Assembly: GCA_040954595.2 (NCBI GenBank)
Contig: CM082576.2
Location: forward strand, 4,128,760 to 4,192,759
Length of the DNA stretch: 64,000 bases
Origin: Balanoglossus misakiensis
Lineage: Eukaryota > Animalia > Hemichordata
Direction: 5' to 3'
Below, in pieces: positions 63,941 through 64,000 of the stretch (position 1 is the stretch's first letter; every line of letters starts with the position of its first letter). The position numbers were made by a program, and so were the translations under genes. The notes below the pieces were generated by a model. The model was not told the origin of the DNA. It worked only from the letters and a program-made list of their open reading frames with translations, and did no database searches.

Positions 63941-64000
63941 CTGCAAAACAAACAAACAATATTGGGTGCAAAGCGTGCAACAGAGGTGTTTGAATGTGAA

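Overview
Intron-rich, AT-rich metazoan (most likely invertebrate, possibly lophotrochozoan) genomic DNA with three spliced protein-coding genes. (1) The 3' part of DPH6 (diphthine-ammonia ligase with C-terminal RidA/YjgF-like domains) on the + strand: 13 exons in 1-5203, 569 aa visible. (2) A complete Na+/Ca2+ exchanger (NCX/SLC8A, about 960 aa) on the - strand. It has a putative non-coding first exon ending at 58739, a 1959-nt first coding exon (57909-55951), a 38.7-kb intron and five more exons to the stop at 10391. (3) The 3' end of a single-pass FN3-domain membrane protein on the - strand (63940 to about 61795). The rest is intronic or intergenic DNA with short TIR elements (MITEs), simple repeats and regulatory-looking motifs. 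The best leads are: back-splicing of the large NCX exon would create a stop exactly at the junction; a uORF ends in an AUGA overlap with the NCX start; a two-hairpin H/ACA-like RNA lies in a DPH6 intron; decayed spliced relics sit inside the giant NCX intron; and TACATGTA, X-box and CRE palindromes look over-represented. All exon boundaries were read by hand, and no database search was run.
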